DNA of 35,851 nt, taken from assembly GCF_001194135.2 (NCBI RefSeq), contig NC_068983.1, positions 8,070,767-8,106,617 of the forward strand, in the 5' to 3' direction. The notes beneath the pieces are model-generated. The model did no database searches. It worked only from the letters and a program-made list of their open reading frames with translations, and was not told the origin of the DNA. Positions 34,968 to 35,851 of the stretch are shown here, one piece after another. The stretch's first letter is position 1. The number at the start of each line of letters is the position of its first letter. Source of the DNA: Octopus bimaculoides (lineage: Eukaryota). The translations under genes were made by a program, and so were the position numbers.

Positions 34968-35851
34968 TATAATGGCCTTAAATGTGGCAGGTCTGACAAT
35001 GAACAACAAGTATATTGTCGATAATTGCTCTTTTGGAGGTCGATGTCATGTCCATTGAAATCAAGAAGTAATAAAACGATACGTATGCTTTTTTTTATGA
35101 CAGCTAGGCGAATGATTCTTATATAAGAACATGGTTATCTACTGCGGGAAATACGACAAACACTTGGAAGCAAGTTTCTTCGTGTATATACAACGATTTG
35201 CCTACACTATGTGGTAAGTATTCAATCATTTTCTTCGCTTGCTGATGATAGGGTAAAAAAAAAACATCAGGGATAATGAAGATTGGTGAGGGACACATGA
35301 AACATTAACACAAAGTCATGCACACATGTGGCTACATATGTATATGCGTGTTCATGTAGGGTTTCCGCACCGTTTCCGTTTGTCGAATTCACCCACAAGA
35401 CCAATTTTGATCTGTGGTTATTGTAGAAGATACTTTCCCAAGTTACCATAGTTGACTGAACTCGAAGTTACGTAGTTCCAAAACGAACTCAGTAACTAGA
35501 CAACCAAGCTTGCGTTCACATACATACGTACATACATACATACATACATACATACATGCAAGTAACATGATAGATACCGAACGTTGTGTGTAGCAAAGTA
35601 TGGCTGAACATGGGATCTTAGGAAGGGAATTCAAATCCTTGATTAATATTTCTCAAAAAATCACGGTATCTGGGACTGCATAAATCTGCAAGACCTTAAG
35701 TTTTAAAGTATGATGGTTAAAATAAGTTTCATTTATTCACAACCTGGCTACCAAGTTGGTGGCCGGTAAAAATTCACTTTTTGAAAAGTTTGTTATTCAA
35801 TATTTAGTGATCAGCAGAATTTATCTCGGTAAAATTAATTTTCCATTAATT

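Noticed and set aside
27990-35851. A fourth peptide paralog
   Set aside because: No match to the signal exon (TTCTACATTCTTTCTC) or the Cys framework in readable sequence. One could still be hidden in the gaps or lie outside the window.

Overview
AT-rich eukaryotic (animal) DNA from a gapped draft assembly. The SINE families, microsatellite load and TE mix strongly suggest an octopus or other coleoid cephalopod genome; this is an inference from repeat content. The main signal is invisible in the ORF track: a tandem cluster of three paralogous small secreted-peptide genes on the + strand, about 11-12 kb apart. Each has a 61-nt signal-peptide exon, a phase-1 GT-AG intron and a short mature-peptide exon. 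Copy 1 (join 717..777,4451..4572) encodes MNSTFFLIIFGIVMLLAVAAG-DKQECRMRCMKENMKTGNPAELIGYLKCFYDYCSLYTVR. Copy 3 (join 24384..24444,25871..25974) encodes MNSTFFLIILGILMMTALTQG-DVTICENQCKKDHLKPGDSQDFPDYMKCILLKC. Both share a C-x3-C-x18-C-x4-C framework on otherwise very divergent mature regions. Copy 2 (13104..13164, 15357..15465) has an intact signal exon but two stops and a frameshift in the mature exon. This conserved-signal, hypervariable-mature, fixed-cysteine, birth-and-death pattern is typical of venom or defence peptide families; I do not recognise the family. The rest is TE debris (R4/Dong, RTE, CR1/L2, Penelope-like, Helitron, mariner, a DD37D maT element with both TIRs, tRNA-derived SINEs), micro- and minisatellites and N gaps. 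A candidate minimal hammerhead ribozyme and a copy-1-specific inverted duplication in the 3' region also stand out.
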